DNA of 62,833 bases, the filler included. It is 4 parts of 4 records of this genome, joined end to end, with 100 filler letters (N's around TTAATTAATTAA, not from the genome) between each part and the next. Parts side by side here need not be neighbours in the genome. Positions count along the whole stretch, not along the records: positions 1 to 22,878 come from DRR723986_3137; 3 more parts are not named here. One strand, given 5' to 3'. A model generated the notes under the pieces. It had not been told where the DNA came from. It did no database searches and saw only the letters and a list, made by a program, of their open reading frames with translations. The translations under genes and the position numbers were made by a program. Positions 9,351 to 19,544 of the stretch are shown in pieces; the stretch's first letter is position 1, and each line of letters starts with the position of its first letter.

Positions 9351-11036
9351 CTAAGGCCTCAGTCGAATGGCCAAGTTTGTCAAATCACCTCGGCGGATGA
9401 CACCCACTAACTCACGAGTTTCGCCAGCCACTACAGGCAATAGATCGTCGCTCGTCTGCCGAAACGCACTCACCGCCTCGCTGAGCGGTTGTTCCACGTC
9501 CAGTACACAGGCTAGTGGACTTGCCAAGTCCTCAGCGTAAACCAGCATATCGATCTCATCGTCAAAGAAGGTATCGCTCAGTTCAGTGTAGCGAATCGCG
9601 CCCGTTACGTGGTGTTCTGCATCAACGACGATATAGGTATTGTCGTGGCTATGCCTGATGAACTCGATCACTTCGTCAAAGTGAGCCGACTGCTGCAGGC
9701 CTCCCACGTTTCGGCGCACCAGGTCGCCGACTTTCATCGACTGTACATTGGTCGATTTTCCGGGACGCAGCCCCACCGCCTCGCGACCACGCATCCACAT
9801 CTTCCCGGCCCAACTGGTTGGGGTTTCCGTCGTGTGCGAGATGGCTTCGGCAAGTGGGATTTCTCCGGCGCGCAAGACACTCCACCGTAGGGCTACCGGT
9901 CCGACGATTTCGAAGAAGACGACCGAGCCGAGTATGATTGCTTGCAGTTGTAGACCGACTTCGGGCCAGCGGGTTGCGGCCAAGGAGGATAGCGCAATGG
10001 CCGCGCCTGCTTGAGCGAGCATGCAGCTACCCAAGTAACGCCGAACACCTGTCACTTCTCCCATCAAGCGGCTGGCCCACCGCACACCGAAGATCTTGCC
10101 AGCCGTCCGTGCGACAATATATCCGGCCCCCAGCAATCCGGCCGCCAAGAATGCATCCAGACGCAACTCAGCGCCATGCACGGCGAAGAACATAACAATC
10201 AACAGCCCCGCGATCTTGCCCTGCTCTGCGACCAAGTCGCTGGCAAAATCGGACGTGTTGACGACAAACATGCCGGCAATCAAGAACGCCAGCATGTAAG
10301 GCATATTCCACGACTCACACAGCCCCAGCATTAGCACGCTAACGGCAATAACCATTACGAGCCATCTGGAACGGCTCAGCAAACCACTTGCGTAGCTGAT
10401 GAACAATCCTGCAATCGCGCCAAGCAGACATGCACCGCCGAGATCGTACAGGAGCCGCCCTACTTCAACACTGACGTCCCCTTCGAAACCACCGGTGCAA
10501 ACGTGAGCAATCAAGAAGATGAATTCGAACGCTAGTATGGCAACGATATTGTTCAGCGCTACGAGTACTTCGGCCAGATCGGTCACTGGTCCTTCGGAAT
10601 TTGATTCCTTCAGTACAAGAACGGTTGTGGCAGGCGCGGTGGCTAGTGCTAAAGCCCCCAACAGCACCGCCATCGATGGACCTCCGCCCAGAAGCAGGAC
10701 GCCGCCGGTTACAAGGACAAAGGTTGCCAGCAGCTCGCCGGCACTGAGAACCAACGCCCGACGCATGATGCTTCGCAACTGAGCCAGTGGAAACTGACAG
10801 CCCAACTCAAGCAGCACCAGCGCCATGGCCAGCTTGGTGAGCGGCTCAAGATGGTGCAGCTCCTCAGCACCAATCCAATGCAACAGGCTAGGACCGACCA
10901 ACATACCCGCCAGCAAGTAGGCAGACACTTTGGGAATGCGAATAAAATCCGCAATGATCCCGGCGAGCAGCGAAGCAAGTAGGAGTAGCCCAAGCGAAAC
11001 AGCTCCGTGCAATTCGCTGGGCAGAACCTCAGGCAT
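9351..11036 (-). CDS. CPA2-family cation:proton antiporter with C-terminal CBS pair
   Basis: RIPKVSAYLLAGMLVGP, ATAPATT, QAGAAIAL, EIVGP; CBS-like tail (LPVV..GVIRRGDL). Confidence 0.88.
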   Translation of the reverse strand: MPEVLPSELHGAVSLGLLLLASLLAGIIADFIRIPKVSAYLLAGMLVGPSLLHWIGAEELHHLEPLTKLAMALVLLELGCQFPLAQLRSIMRRALVLSAGELLATFVLVTGGVLLLGGGPSMAVLLGALALATAPATTVLVLKESNSEGPVTDLAEVLVALNNIVAILAFEFIFLIAHVCTGGFEGDVSVEVGRLLYDLGGACLLGAIAGLFISYASGLLSRSRWLVMVIAVSVLMLGLCESWNMPYMLAFLIAGMFVVNTSDFASDLVAEQGKIAGLLIVMFFAVHGAELRLDAFLAAGLLGAGYIVARTAGKIFGVRWASRLMGEVTGVRRYLGSCMLAQAGAAIALSSLAATRWPEVGLQLQAIILGSVVFFEIVGPVALRWSVLRAGEIPLAEAISHTTETPTSWAGKMWMRGREAVGLRPGKSTNVQSMKVGDLVRRNVGGLQQSAHFDEVIEFIRHSHDNTYIVVDAEHHVTGAIRYTELSDTFFDDEIDMLVYAEDLASPLACVLDVEQPLSEAVSAFRQTSDDLLPVVAGETRELVGVIRRGDLTNLAIRLRP

Positions 11037-11063
11037 CCACGCCCGTCCGTGGTAAGGCAGCCA

Positions 11064-12908
11064 TTATTTTGCGTCCGCCATGCTATCAAGCTGGATAACG
11101 GAACGATTCTGTTCCTTTTCTAGGTACTCTCGACCGTACTTGACGTTCACATGATCCCACGGCAATCGCGACATCAGCTCATACGGTTCATGAACTTGTT
11201 TATCCACGTCGATACCTGAATCGGCAAGCGCCGTCCACCAACGCTTTGGATCCAACATCTCGGTCCAACCATCCATGCGTGCACCGCGCTGCCATGCCAG
11301 TTCAACAGCATCACAAGTTCGGCGATCTCCTCGGCTGAGAACGCCCTCTAGTAGACTCGTCTCGATGTTGTGACATTTCACATTCACCGAGCGAATCTTA
11401 CGCTTATCCCAAAGGTACTTATGCGCCAATTTGAAATACTCTCTCCGCTGCATGCCATTCCACTGATAGGGCGTATGTGCCTTGGGAACGAAGTTGGAGA
11501 CGCTAGCGGTAACCTTCGGATAACGCCCCTTGATTTCCTTGCCGATACCAGCGATGTGCTCTGCCATGTCGATGATTCCATCCAAATCGACCTCGCGCTC
11601 GCCGGGCAGCCCGCACATGAAGTACAGCTTGACGCTCGTATAGTTATTCTGAAACGCTACCTTACACCCCTCGTACAAGTCATCGTTCTTGATTTTCTTT
11701 CGGATTTGCTCCCGCATATCATCGCGAGCAACCTCCGGTGCAAGAGTCAACCCAGCACGACGACCATTGCCGACCAAATCGGCGATCGTCCGTAACTGTT
11801 CGTTGACTCGTAGACTTGGAACGGAAATATTGACGCCAAGTGGATTGAAGATTTCCTTCAGCCGAGTCACCAGTTCTTCAAAGTGCGGATAGTCGCTACT
11901 GGACAGCGAGAGAATGCTAATCTCGTTGAATCCGGTTTCTTTGTAGCTTTCGATCGCACCATTGATAATCGTCTCCACCGAACGAACCCGCAGTGGCCGT
12001 TTGATGACAGTGCTCTGGCAGAAACGACACTGCCATGGGCAACCGCGCATGATTTCGATGGCGATGCGATCATGCACACACTCAACGTAAGGCACGACCG
12101 GCTTGGTTGGCAGCGGAATACCATCCAAGTCCTTAATCACCGATGGCTCAATTGTCTCCGGAACATCGCTGCGCAAACGATTCAGCGCAACAAACCGATT
12201 ATCCTTGTACTCTGGTTGGTAGAATCGCGGCACGTAGGCAAACGGCAAACGACGAGCCAGCTCAGCAAGCGCTTCCTCGCGTTGTCGCTGCCCTGCTTCG
12301 CCCTGCAACCAGCCACCATTCTCTTTGGCAGCTTCGCGAAGCTCTCGCCACAAATCGCAAATGACCGGCAAAGCAGGCTCGCCATCTCCGGTTACGAAGC
12401 AGTCGATGAACTCAGCCATCGGCTCCGGATTCTGCGCGCAGGGCCCACCCGCCAGAATCAGCGGATCGGCCATCGTCCGCTTGTTGGCTCGAATTGGAAT
12501 CCGCCCCAGGTCAAGCATGGTGAGAACGTTGGGTGACGAGATCTCATACTGGAGCGAAAAGCCGACGACATCAAAGTCACACAGTGGCGTGAACGTTTCG
12601 AGCGAGTAGAGCGGCAACTGGTGCTGACGCAATTGCTCTTCCATGTCTGGCCAAGGCGTAAAACAACGTTCTGCAGCCCAGTCGTCACGCCGATTCATCA
12701 GCGAATACAGCACCTGCAAGCCGTGGTGGCTCATTCCGATCGTGTATGCATCCGGAAAACAAATGCAGAGACGCCCGGCAACGTCGTGTCGATTCTTGAC
12801 GACAATATTGCGTTCACCACCCACATATTGCCCTGGCATGCGTACCTTTGCCAGGACGTGACGAGTCAGAAAGTCTTTGAGCTCGGTATTGATCATGGGA
12901 CCATCCAA
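11064..12908 (-). CDS. TIGR03960-family radical SAM protein (B12-binding-like N-domain)
   Basis: PGQYVGGE, FPDAYTIGMSHHGLQVLY, GFSLQYE, AGGPCAQNPEP, EIMRGCPWQCRFCQ, KLYFMCGLP, FVPKAHTPYQW, LEGVLSRGDRR, LPWDHV. Confidence 0.9.
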   Translation of the reverse strand: MDGPMINTELKDFLTRHVLAKVRMPGQYVGGERNIVVKNRHDVAGRLCICFPDAYTIGMSHHGLQVLYSLMNRRDDWAAERCFTPWPDMEEQLRQHQLPLYSLETFTPLCDFDVVGFSLQYEISSPNVLTMLDLGRIPIRANKRTMADPLILAGGPCAQNPEPMAEFIDCFVTGDGEPALPVICDLWRELREAAKENGGWLQGEAGQRQREEALAELARRLPFAYVPRFYQPEYKDNRFVALNRLRSDVPETIEPSVIKDLDGIPLPTKPVVPYVECVHDRIAIEIMRGCPWQCRFCQSTVIKRPLRVRSVETIINGAIESYKETGFNEISILSLSSSDYPHFEELVTRLKEIFNPLGVNISVPSLRVNEQLRTIADLVGNGRRAGLTLAPEVARDDMREQIRKKIKNDDLYEGCKVAFQNNYTSVKLYFMCGLPGEREVDLDGIIDMAEHIAGIGKEIKGRYPKVTASVSNFVPKAHTPYQWNGMQRREYFKLAHKYLWDKRKIRSVNVKCHNIETSLLEGVLSRGDRRTCDAVELAWQRGARMDGWTEMLDPKRWWTALADSGIDVDKQVHEPYELMSRLPWDHVNVKYGREYLEKEQNRSVIQLDSMADAK

Positions 12909-13059
12909 ATAGTAGGCGAACCAACCACCTATCAGTTCATCGAACGAATGAGCCCGCCATTTTAACAGGACCAGCCAGAAAGCCCTACATGAGCGAAGAA
13001 TTTGCTACTTCGCCAAATCTGACAGCCGCCAGGAAGAATCGCCAAGAACGATATTGATT

Positions 13060-13104
13060 CACGTACAAGCGTACGTGTAAACTGCGTCAGGCGTACAAGT
13101 GTAC
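13060..13104. promoter_or_regulatory. Two BlaI/MecI/CopY-type operator palindromes
   Basis: CACGTACAAGCGTACGTG (13060-13077) and GTACAAGTGTAC (13093-13104), 30 bp apart, matching TACA-NN-TGTA, directly upstream of the BlaI-family gene. Confidence 0.75.
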
Positions 13105-13140
13105 TTGTGCGAATTGGGGCGATCACATGGAGGCAAGAAC

Positions 13141-13551
13141 GTGGCCAAGCGGCAATCACTGTCCGGTGGAGAACTGGAAATTGCGAGAGTGTTGTGGGAA
13201 ATCGGTCCCGCAGCCGTTCGACAGATACACGAAGTAGCCTGTCAGTCGCGAGAAATCGACTTCGCCACGGTGCAAACCTATTTGAGGCGAATTGAAAGCA
13301 AAGGCTACGCGACCAGCAAGCTGCAAGGCAGAATTCGCGTCTACGCCGCCAAAGCAAAGCCGCAGACGGTCATTCGCGAAACGGTGAACGACTTAGTCAA
13401 TCGACTATTCGGCGGCCAAGCCATGCCGCTAGTTCGACATCTTATCGAAGACCGCGACATTGCGACCGGTGACGTTGCTGAGCTAAGACGACTCGTCGAT
13501 CAACTGGAAGCATCACAACAGGAAACCACGTCTGACGAGGAGACCAAGTGA
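13141..13551 (+). CDS. BlaI/MecI/CopY family transcriptional repressor
   Basis: LSGGELEIARVLWE, TVQTYLRRIESKGY, LVNRLFGG; GTG at 13141 follows GGAGG (the ORF-track start 13099 lies inside the operator). Confidence 0.92.
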   Translation: MAKRQSLSGGELEIARVLWEIGPAAVRQIHEVACQSREIDFATVQTYLRRIESKGYATSKLQGRIRVYAAKAKPQTVIRETVNDLVNRLFGGQAMPLVRHLIEDRDIATGDVAELRRLVDQLEASQQETTSDEETK

Positions 13552-16253
13552 TGAGTTCGAATTCTCTGCTCGACTTGCTTGCTAGTCATGCGATGCAAAT
13601 TGCAGTGCTCGCCGTTCTGATCTGGATTATCAATCGAGCGATCGCCAAAGATCGCCCGCACGTAGCTCATGCACTTTGGGCCCTGGTTCTGCTGAAGTGT
13701 TTCACACCGCCGATCTTGCCAAGCCCTACAAGTCCGTTCAGCTGGATTGCAACCGCTAAACAAACGACTGCACACAAAAGACAAAGTGCTTCAGTTGCAC
13801 CATCCGATCCGTCGCAAAGCGGTTATCGGGTTTACTACTCCGAGGCGGCTTCTCCTGTTGCTTTTCGCCAGCCTGCAACAATCCCTGTTCTGCCCGAAAC
13901 GACTGTGGACGCGAAGAGCACATTCGGACCTTGGTTAGTGATCCTTTGGATCAGTGGAACCGCTGGCGTTAGTGCCTGGATCAGCTTCCGCGTTGTTCGA
14001 TTCATGCTTTTGATTCGCAGACGTTCCTGCCCAGTTCCGCCCGAAGTAGCTTCGGCAACAAAAGACTTGCAAAAGCGGTTGGGCATCCGCAGGCCAGTTC
14101 GCATCCGAGTTCTGGATGCGTTGATTGGCCCCGCCGTCATGGGCATCTTCCGCCCAACACTTCTTCTGCCAAGAGTGATTGTGGAAGGAAGTAGCGCACA
14201 GGCCATCGCGCCACTAATCGCACATGAACTTGTTCATATTCGCCGCGGCGATTTGCTCTGGTCAGCCGCACAAACACTTTCATCGCTCCTTTGGTGGTTC
14301 CACCCGGGTGTCTGGGTGGCCAACCGTATGATGACGCGAGAAAGCGAACGAAGCTGTGATGAAGAAACTGTAATGAGCCTCAGAATTCGACCTGCCGACT
14401 ACGCCCGCAGCTTGATTTCCGTGCTTGAGACCAAACAACAACTTGCCGCAGTGCCAATCGTTCCTGGACTGCGACCCGTAGATATTACCTCAAACCGAAT
14501 GGAGAGAATTATGCGAATTGGACAAGGAAGTCACTCGCGCACACCTCGCTTGGCATTTGCCACCCTGATTGTCGGTGCACTCATCGCGCTGCCGGGAGCT
14601 GCCTGGCTGACCGCCCAAGAAACAGAACAAGAATCAGGTAATGAATCGCCCCAGAACGAGACTAAACAAAAATCACCGCCGAAAAACCCTGTTCAACCCG
14701 CCCAGCCAGCTCCGCCGATGTTGGCACCAACGAATTCTGACTTGGAAGACAGTTTGCTGATCGAAGCTGTCATTATGGATATCCCAACCGCAAAAGCCCA
14801 AAGCCTGCCCGTGGAGGGACGATCAAGTCAATCATCTGCACCGAACACGATCTCAGGATTGGCGAAGGGGGAACCTTTTCGATTGGCAAGTAGCGTCAAA
14901 AGCGACCTCGGATTCTCTGGCCAACTCCTTCTGAAGGAAGGCGGCCCAGAACCTCAAGCAGCTCCACTCAATGTCTTGGCTGTTGCGGCTAACCCTACTG
15001 GCCCTTGGGTATTGAGCGAAGAAGCAATGACAATGGTCTCACAGTGGCAACGATCTCCCGAGGACTCAGGAGCTAGAACAATCAACAGGCCCACTATCAT
15101 GACTCTCAACGGACAAGCTGCTAGCGTTCATATCGGTTCTGAAGTGCCATATGTTTCCAAAGTGGACCCAGAGACCGGAGAAACAACATCAACGAATTTA
15201 CAAATCGGTTTGAACATGGAAGTCACGGCCACACTTTGCGACCAAGGCAAGAAAGTTCAGTTTGCCTGTAGTTTCCGGGAAACTGAGTTAACGGACATAC
15301 AAGCCGTTGCGATCCCGCTATCCGATGGAACAAACAAGACTAACATTCCTTCCGTCAAAACGACTTCTTTCGATTCCTCCCTTGTCATTCCCGTTGGGAA
15401 ACCCTTCGCATTTACATCAGGAAGCATCAAAGAGGGCGAAAAGGAGTTTGTTAAGCTGCTAGTGTTTCGCGTGAGCCGCCCGAAGGCGCAAGTATCCTCT
15501 ATCGCCAACACCGAAGACCGTATTGGGGAACCGAAGGCGGAGCAGACTAGCGAAACGAAGACACCGCAGAAATTCGATAAGAAAAAGGCCCAAGCACGGA
15601 CGACGCGACATGCTCGACAACGTTACGAGCGAATATCGATCATGGGGCGCACGACAACTGCGGCGGATATCCAGCTCGATCCACCCAGCGATGATCTGTG
15701 CATGCAAGCTATCGAAAAGTCTGTTTCAGCCAAAAGCGATGGCCGAATACTGGGTCCAGGAAAGCACCGCATCATCAAGGAGAAGATTGCCGACTATTTA
15801 GACCCTGTTCGCTTCGTACCGTTGATTGGGAATGCTCAACTGCACCACGCACACTACAAGTGCACGATTTACTCCGAACATGACCAGCACGTGGTCACAA
15901 ACGTCTTCTACATCGACCACAACCACTTCGTGATGGTCGGCGGCGAGATTCCAGAAGATAACACCACTCCAACCGAGGACGAAACGTCACAAAACGACGA
16001 AGCACCTGTTGACAACGAAGTTGAGTTAGATCGGCTGAACACCGAAACTGCTTATAGTTCAGCGATTCGCGAGCAGTACGACGTACCGTTGGAGAGGTTC
16101 CCTATCGTCCGCAGAAAGGCTATACGCGGACTCTTGGATACAACACCACAGTCTGATTTCGACCTTGAGGTCAAAGGCAAAGTGCTTTCCAGTACTTTCT
16201 GGGAGCTGCATCCAGAGGTAATTGAAGAGCTGGGCGATCAGCTAGAAAAATAG
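13548..16253 (+). CDS. BlaR1-like M56 metallopeptidase with large extracytoplasmic region including a secretin-like segment
   Basis: GTGA overlap with BlaI gene; LWALVLLK, PAVMGIFRP, HELVHIRRGD, WWFHP, ERSCDE; later RPTIMTLNGQAASVHIGSEVPY secretin-like segment. Confidence 0.9.
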   Translation: MMSSNSLLDLLASHAMQIAVLAVLIWIINRAIAKDRPHVAHALWALVLLKCFTPPILPSPTSPFSWIATAKQTTAHKRQSASVAPSDPSQSGYRVYYSEAASPVAFRQPATIPVLPETTVDAKSTFGPWLVILWISGTAGVSAWISFRVVRFMLLIRRRSCPVPPEVASATKDLQKRLGIRRPVRIRVLDALIGPAVMGIFRPTLLLPRVIVEGSSAQAIAPLIAHELVHIRRGDLLWSAAQTLSSLLWWFHPGVWVANRMMTRESERSCDEETVMSLRIRPADYARSLISVLETKQQLAAVPIVPGLRPVDITSNRMERIMRIGQGSHSRTPRLAFATLIVGALIALPGAAWLTAQETEQESGNESPQNETKQKSPPKNPVQPAQPAPPMLAPTNSDLEDSLLIEAVIMDIPTAKAQSLPVEGRSSQSSAPNTISGLAKGEPFRLASSVKSDLGFSGQLLLKEGGPEPQAAPLNVLAVAANPTGPWVLSEEAMTMVSQWQRSPEDSGARTINRPTIMTLNGQAASVHIGSEVPYVSKVDPETGETTSTNLQIGLNMEVTATLCDQGKKVQFACSFRETELTDIQAVAIPLSDGTNKTNIPSVKTTSFDSSLVIPVGKPFAFTSGSIKEGEKEFVKLLVFRVSRPKAQVSSIANTEDRIGEPKAEQTSETKTPQKFDKKKAQARTTRHARQRYERISIMGRTTTAADIQLDPPSDDLCMQAIEKSVSAKSDGRILGPGKHRIIKEKIADYLDPVRFVPLIGNAQLHHAHYKCTIYSEHDQHVVTNVFYIDHNHFVMVGGEIPEDNTTPTEDETSQNDEAPVDNEVELDRLNTETAYSSAIREQYDVPLERFPIVRRKAIRGLLDTTPQSDFDLEVKGKVLSSTFWELHPEVIEELGDQLEK

Positions 16254-16254
16254 C

Positions 16255-17229
16255 TCAGCGACTACTCCGCATGATGAGCAGACCGGCAACCGTCATGACG
16301 CCGCCAACAATCTGGGCGGCCATGACCTGTTCTTTAAGCAGCAGCCATCCGCCGACAACAGCGACCAGTGTCACAAAGTTCTGATAAACGGCAGCATGCG
16401 ATCCTCCAACGGCTCTAACTCCGGCGTGCCACGTTGCATAGGCGACACCTGTTGAGAATACGCCCGAATAGATGATGGCGGCCAAGATCGTCGGCTTCAT
16501 GAGTTGCTCGACAACATCCGGCTGCTGGGCGATTGAGTAGGCCGAGATGGCAAGGTGGAATGGAGCGGTCAACAGACTGCTCAAAAAAGCCAGCTTGAGC
16601 GGGCTGACCGTCTCCAAAATCGACTTGCTCAAGACGGTCCCCATCGCCCACGCAATGGCAGCAGCCAGCATAAACAGGTTTCCGACAAAATAAGCGCTCG
16701 ACAAACTGACCGGACCACCGCTTTGCGTCGTCACGATAATCGTGCCGGTGAATGTGACCGCCAAGCCGAGCCAAACGAGCCACTTAAGGCGTTCGGCGAG
16801 GAAAAAGTAGGACAGAATTGCCGTCCACATTGGCATCGAAGCCAAAAGTAGGGCCGTGTTGCCAGCCGTCGTACCCTCGATACCGCGCACAAACGCCAGC
16901 ATGTAGAGCAGCCCGCTGAGAAAGCAGAAACCGATCACTCGAGGCCAGTTATTGACGCGGCCAAACCAACCTTGTTTATCAACGCGTGCCTCTGCCCAAG
17001 AAAGCAGGCCGAGAGTGACAGTCGCAAAAACAAGCCGCAAGCCGTTAAAAACCCAGGGACTGACACCCTCGATGGCTGATTTGAAGACGATGATATTGAT
17101 ACCCCACATCGCAGCCGTGCTTAGCAGGATCAGGTCAGCATACCAGCGGCTCCCCGAGACTTTGGAACTTGCCGTAGACAACGTTTGGCTCACATTCAGG
17201 ATCAGCGTTCGCGTCAAAGCAGGTAGCAT
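16255..17229 (-). CDS. DMT/EamA family transporter
   Basis: 10 TM; WGINIIVFK, TTAGNTALL, PMWTAILSYFFLAERL. Confidence 0.9.
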   Translation of the reverse strand: MLPALTRTLILNVSQTLSTASSKVSGSRWYADLILLSTAAMWGINIIVFKSAIEGVSPWVFNGLRLVFATVTLGLLSWAEARVDKQGWFGRVNNWPRVIGFCFLSGLLYMLAFVRGIEGTTAGNTALLLASMPMWTAILSYFFLAERLKWLVWLGLAVTFTGTIIVTTQSGGPVSLSSAYFVGNLFMLAAAIAWAMGTVLSKSILETVSPLKLAFLSSLLTAPFHLAISAYSIAQQPDVVEQLMKPTILAAIIYSGVFSTGVAYATWHAGVRAVGGSHAAVYQNFVTLVAVVGGWLLLKEQVMAAQIVGGVMTVAGLLIMRSSR

Positions 17230-17436
17230 AGCTTCAGCTCGAGTTTTGGTAAGACCGCAGCCATCGACGCAGGCGTACCCACGTCACGCTACTTGGACCA
17301 GAAACTATCGGCAGATGTTCACGCCGTTTTCGCTTTGGCTTGCCGCCAGAATGCCAGAAAACCAGGGTGCCAGAAAGCGAGAGCCCCGGAGACCTAGAGA
17401 CACCGCGTGCCACTTGGACCGGCCGTGGATCACGCG

Positions 17437-18336
17437 CTAGCTGATTAGTCTGTCGCCACAAACATCACAAAACAATGCATCTGCGGCATGCCCCTCGCGC
17501 AGGCAGTGCGGGCAGACGCGCGACGAGAGACGCTCGTGCTTTCGCTGTGATTGGATCTCTGCTGAAACGAAACCCGTTGGCACAATGATCAAACTGTAAC
17601 CAAGCAGAATCAGGGCCGCCGAGATAGCCTTCCCCACACTTGTCCGAGGTACCATGTCGCCGTAACCAACCGTGGTCATGGTCACGATCGCCCAGTACAT
17701 CGACTGAGGGATCGACTGAAATTGATCCACTTCCCCAGCATCACGCTGCAGATTGCTTAGCTCGACATGCTCAACGTGATACATCAGAGTCCCAGCAATA
17801 GTCACCGCGACCGTAACGGTAGCCAAGAACACAAAGATTTTATCTCGCGATTTCCAGACGGCTTGCTGCAAGTCATTCGCTTCGCGGAGCATTCGCATCA
17901 TCTTCAGGACACGGAAGACTCGTAACAACCGAATGCTTCGAACGATCATCCACGACTTCGAGTTGATCTGGAAGAGCGTCAGGTACAGCGGTATGCACGC
18001 TAACAAATCGATGATTCCAAAGAAGCTTGTTGCGTACTTCAACGGCCTTCGCACGCAGACAAGCCTGGCGACGTACTCGGCGGTGAACAACAGCGTCAAA
18101 ATCCACTCAAACGCCCGCAGGATCTCCATCCATCTTGGACTGTTTTCGAAATACTCCACTGTCTCTAGAGCGATGACAGTGACGCTAAGGATGATGGCGA
18201 TCAACAGCACGATGTCAAAAATTTGACCGGCCCGCGTGTCTGCTTCAAAGATAATGACGTACAGATCATCACGCCATTTGGCGCGAGTCTTGCCTTCGGA
18301 ATTCGGTGGGATACCGCGCGGGTCCTGATCAACCAT
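17437..18336 (-). CDS. Voltage-gated potassium channel (ion transporter) with C-terminal zinc ribbon
   Basis: S4 RSIRLLRVFRVLK, selectivity filter TMTTVGYGD, terminal CPHC...CDVC. Confidence 0.93.
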   Translation of the reverse strand: MVDQDPRGIPPNSEGKTRAKWRDDLYVIIFEADTRAGQIFDIVLLIAIILSVTVIALETVEYFENSPRWMEILRAFEWILTLLFTAEYVARLVCVRRPLKYATSFFGIIDLLACIPLYLTLFQINSKSWMIVRSIRLLRVFRVLKMMRMLREANDLQQAVWKSRDKIFVFLATVTVAVTIAGTLMYHVEHVELSNLQRDAGEVDQFQSIPQSMYWAIVTMTTVGYGDMVPRTSVGKAISAALILLGYSLIIVPTGFVSAEIQSQRKHERLSSRVCPHCLREGHAADALFCDVCGDRLIS

Positions 18337-18678
18337 CGTCGTTCTTATCTTCTCAAACGGCTTTACGAGTTATCGCCAGGCTCTTTTTCGCCCGTAGCTG
18401 GGTTGCCCCGCCTTTGCCCATCAGTTGCCTGCCCGGGAAATTGGTGCTCAGAAGTAGTCCAATTCGGTGGCGTGGTACACCGCTGACACGGGAAATCCGA
18501 AGACATCTTGATTGACCCCAGCGCCAGTTCTCCTTCAATTTGGGCGACAGTGTATCATACGTGCGCCTCGGGCCCATCGCGAGGCAGCCGGGCTTTTGCG
18601 TTTCTGCGATGCCCGAATCTCGGCTCAAATGAACGATACAACTACACCTTTTTCGAACTGAATACGAAGGCACACACC

Positions 18679-19497
18679 ATGAAGCCGCTCGGATTGCCCC
18701 TTTTTGCGCTCTGCCTCTGTCAAGCAGCCAGCGCTTTTGCACAGAACAAAGGCCCTGTTTCGGTTTCCGCCGAAGCACCCGGCCAAGAAAGCACGGCCGC
18801 CAAACAGTACATCGAAGTCCGCACCTACCAGCTCAAAGATGCTGCCGGCGAAGCGAAGCTGGACGAGTACCTCGAATCTGCACTGATTCCAGCTCTCCAG
18901 CGGCAGGGACTTGGCCCGATTGGAGCACTCGACCAGTTTGGCGAAGTGGACTCGGTCGAGGTGAAGTTGATCATCCCCGGCCCGAGCGCTGATGCTGTCT
19001 TGCTTGCCAATCAACGACTGGCCGATGACGCCGAATACCAGCAAGCCGCCAAGAGCTACCTCGAGACTCCTCGCAAGCAAGCGCCGATCAATCGGATTCG
19101 CAGCGAACTATTGCTTGCATTCGAATGCTGGCCAAGTGTCACCGTGCCTTCGCAGAAGAAAGCCGACAAAGATCGCTTTTTTGAGCTCCGCACCTACGAG
19201 AGTTCCACTGAGCGGCTTGGCAATCTGAAAGTCGAAATGTTCAATGAAGGCGAAGTGCCAATCTTCTTGGACGCTGGCATCACGCCCGTGTTCATGGGCC
19301 AAGCGCTGGTCGGTGACATGATGCCCAACCTGACCTACATGGTTTGCTTCGACGACGAAGATGCGATGAAGGCGGCCTGGCCAAACTTCGTTAAGCACCC
19401 CGACTGGAAAACGCTCAGCTCAGTGCAAAAATACAAAGGCACCGTCAGCAAGAACAACAAGAGTTACTGGACGCCCAAAACATATTCTCAACTGTAA
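18679..19497 (+). CDS. Exported double NIPSNAP-domain protein
   Basis: Signal peptide from ATG 18679; YIEVRTY and FFELRTYES repeats, KVEMFNEGE, PNLTYM, YSQL end (ORF-track start 18508 probably over-extended). Confidence 0.85.
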   Translation: MKPLGLPLFALCLCQAASAFAQNKGPVSVSAEAPGQESTAAKQYIEVRTYQLKDAAGEAKLDEYLESALIPALQRQGLGPIGALDQFGEVDSVEVKLIIPGPSADAVLLANQRLADDAEYQQAAKSYLETPRKQAPINRIRSELLLAFECWPSVTVPSQKKADKDRFFELRTYESSTERLGNLKVEMFNEGEVPIFLDAGITPVFMGQALVGDMMPNLTYMVCFDDEDAMKAAWPNFVKHPDWKTLSSVQKYKGTVSKNNKSYWTPKTYSQL

Positions 19498-19544
19498 TGC
19501 CCGCACGAACTTCTTTTCGTCCTGACTTCATAGGATCCCAAGGT

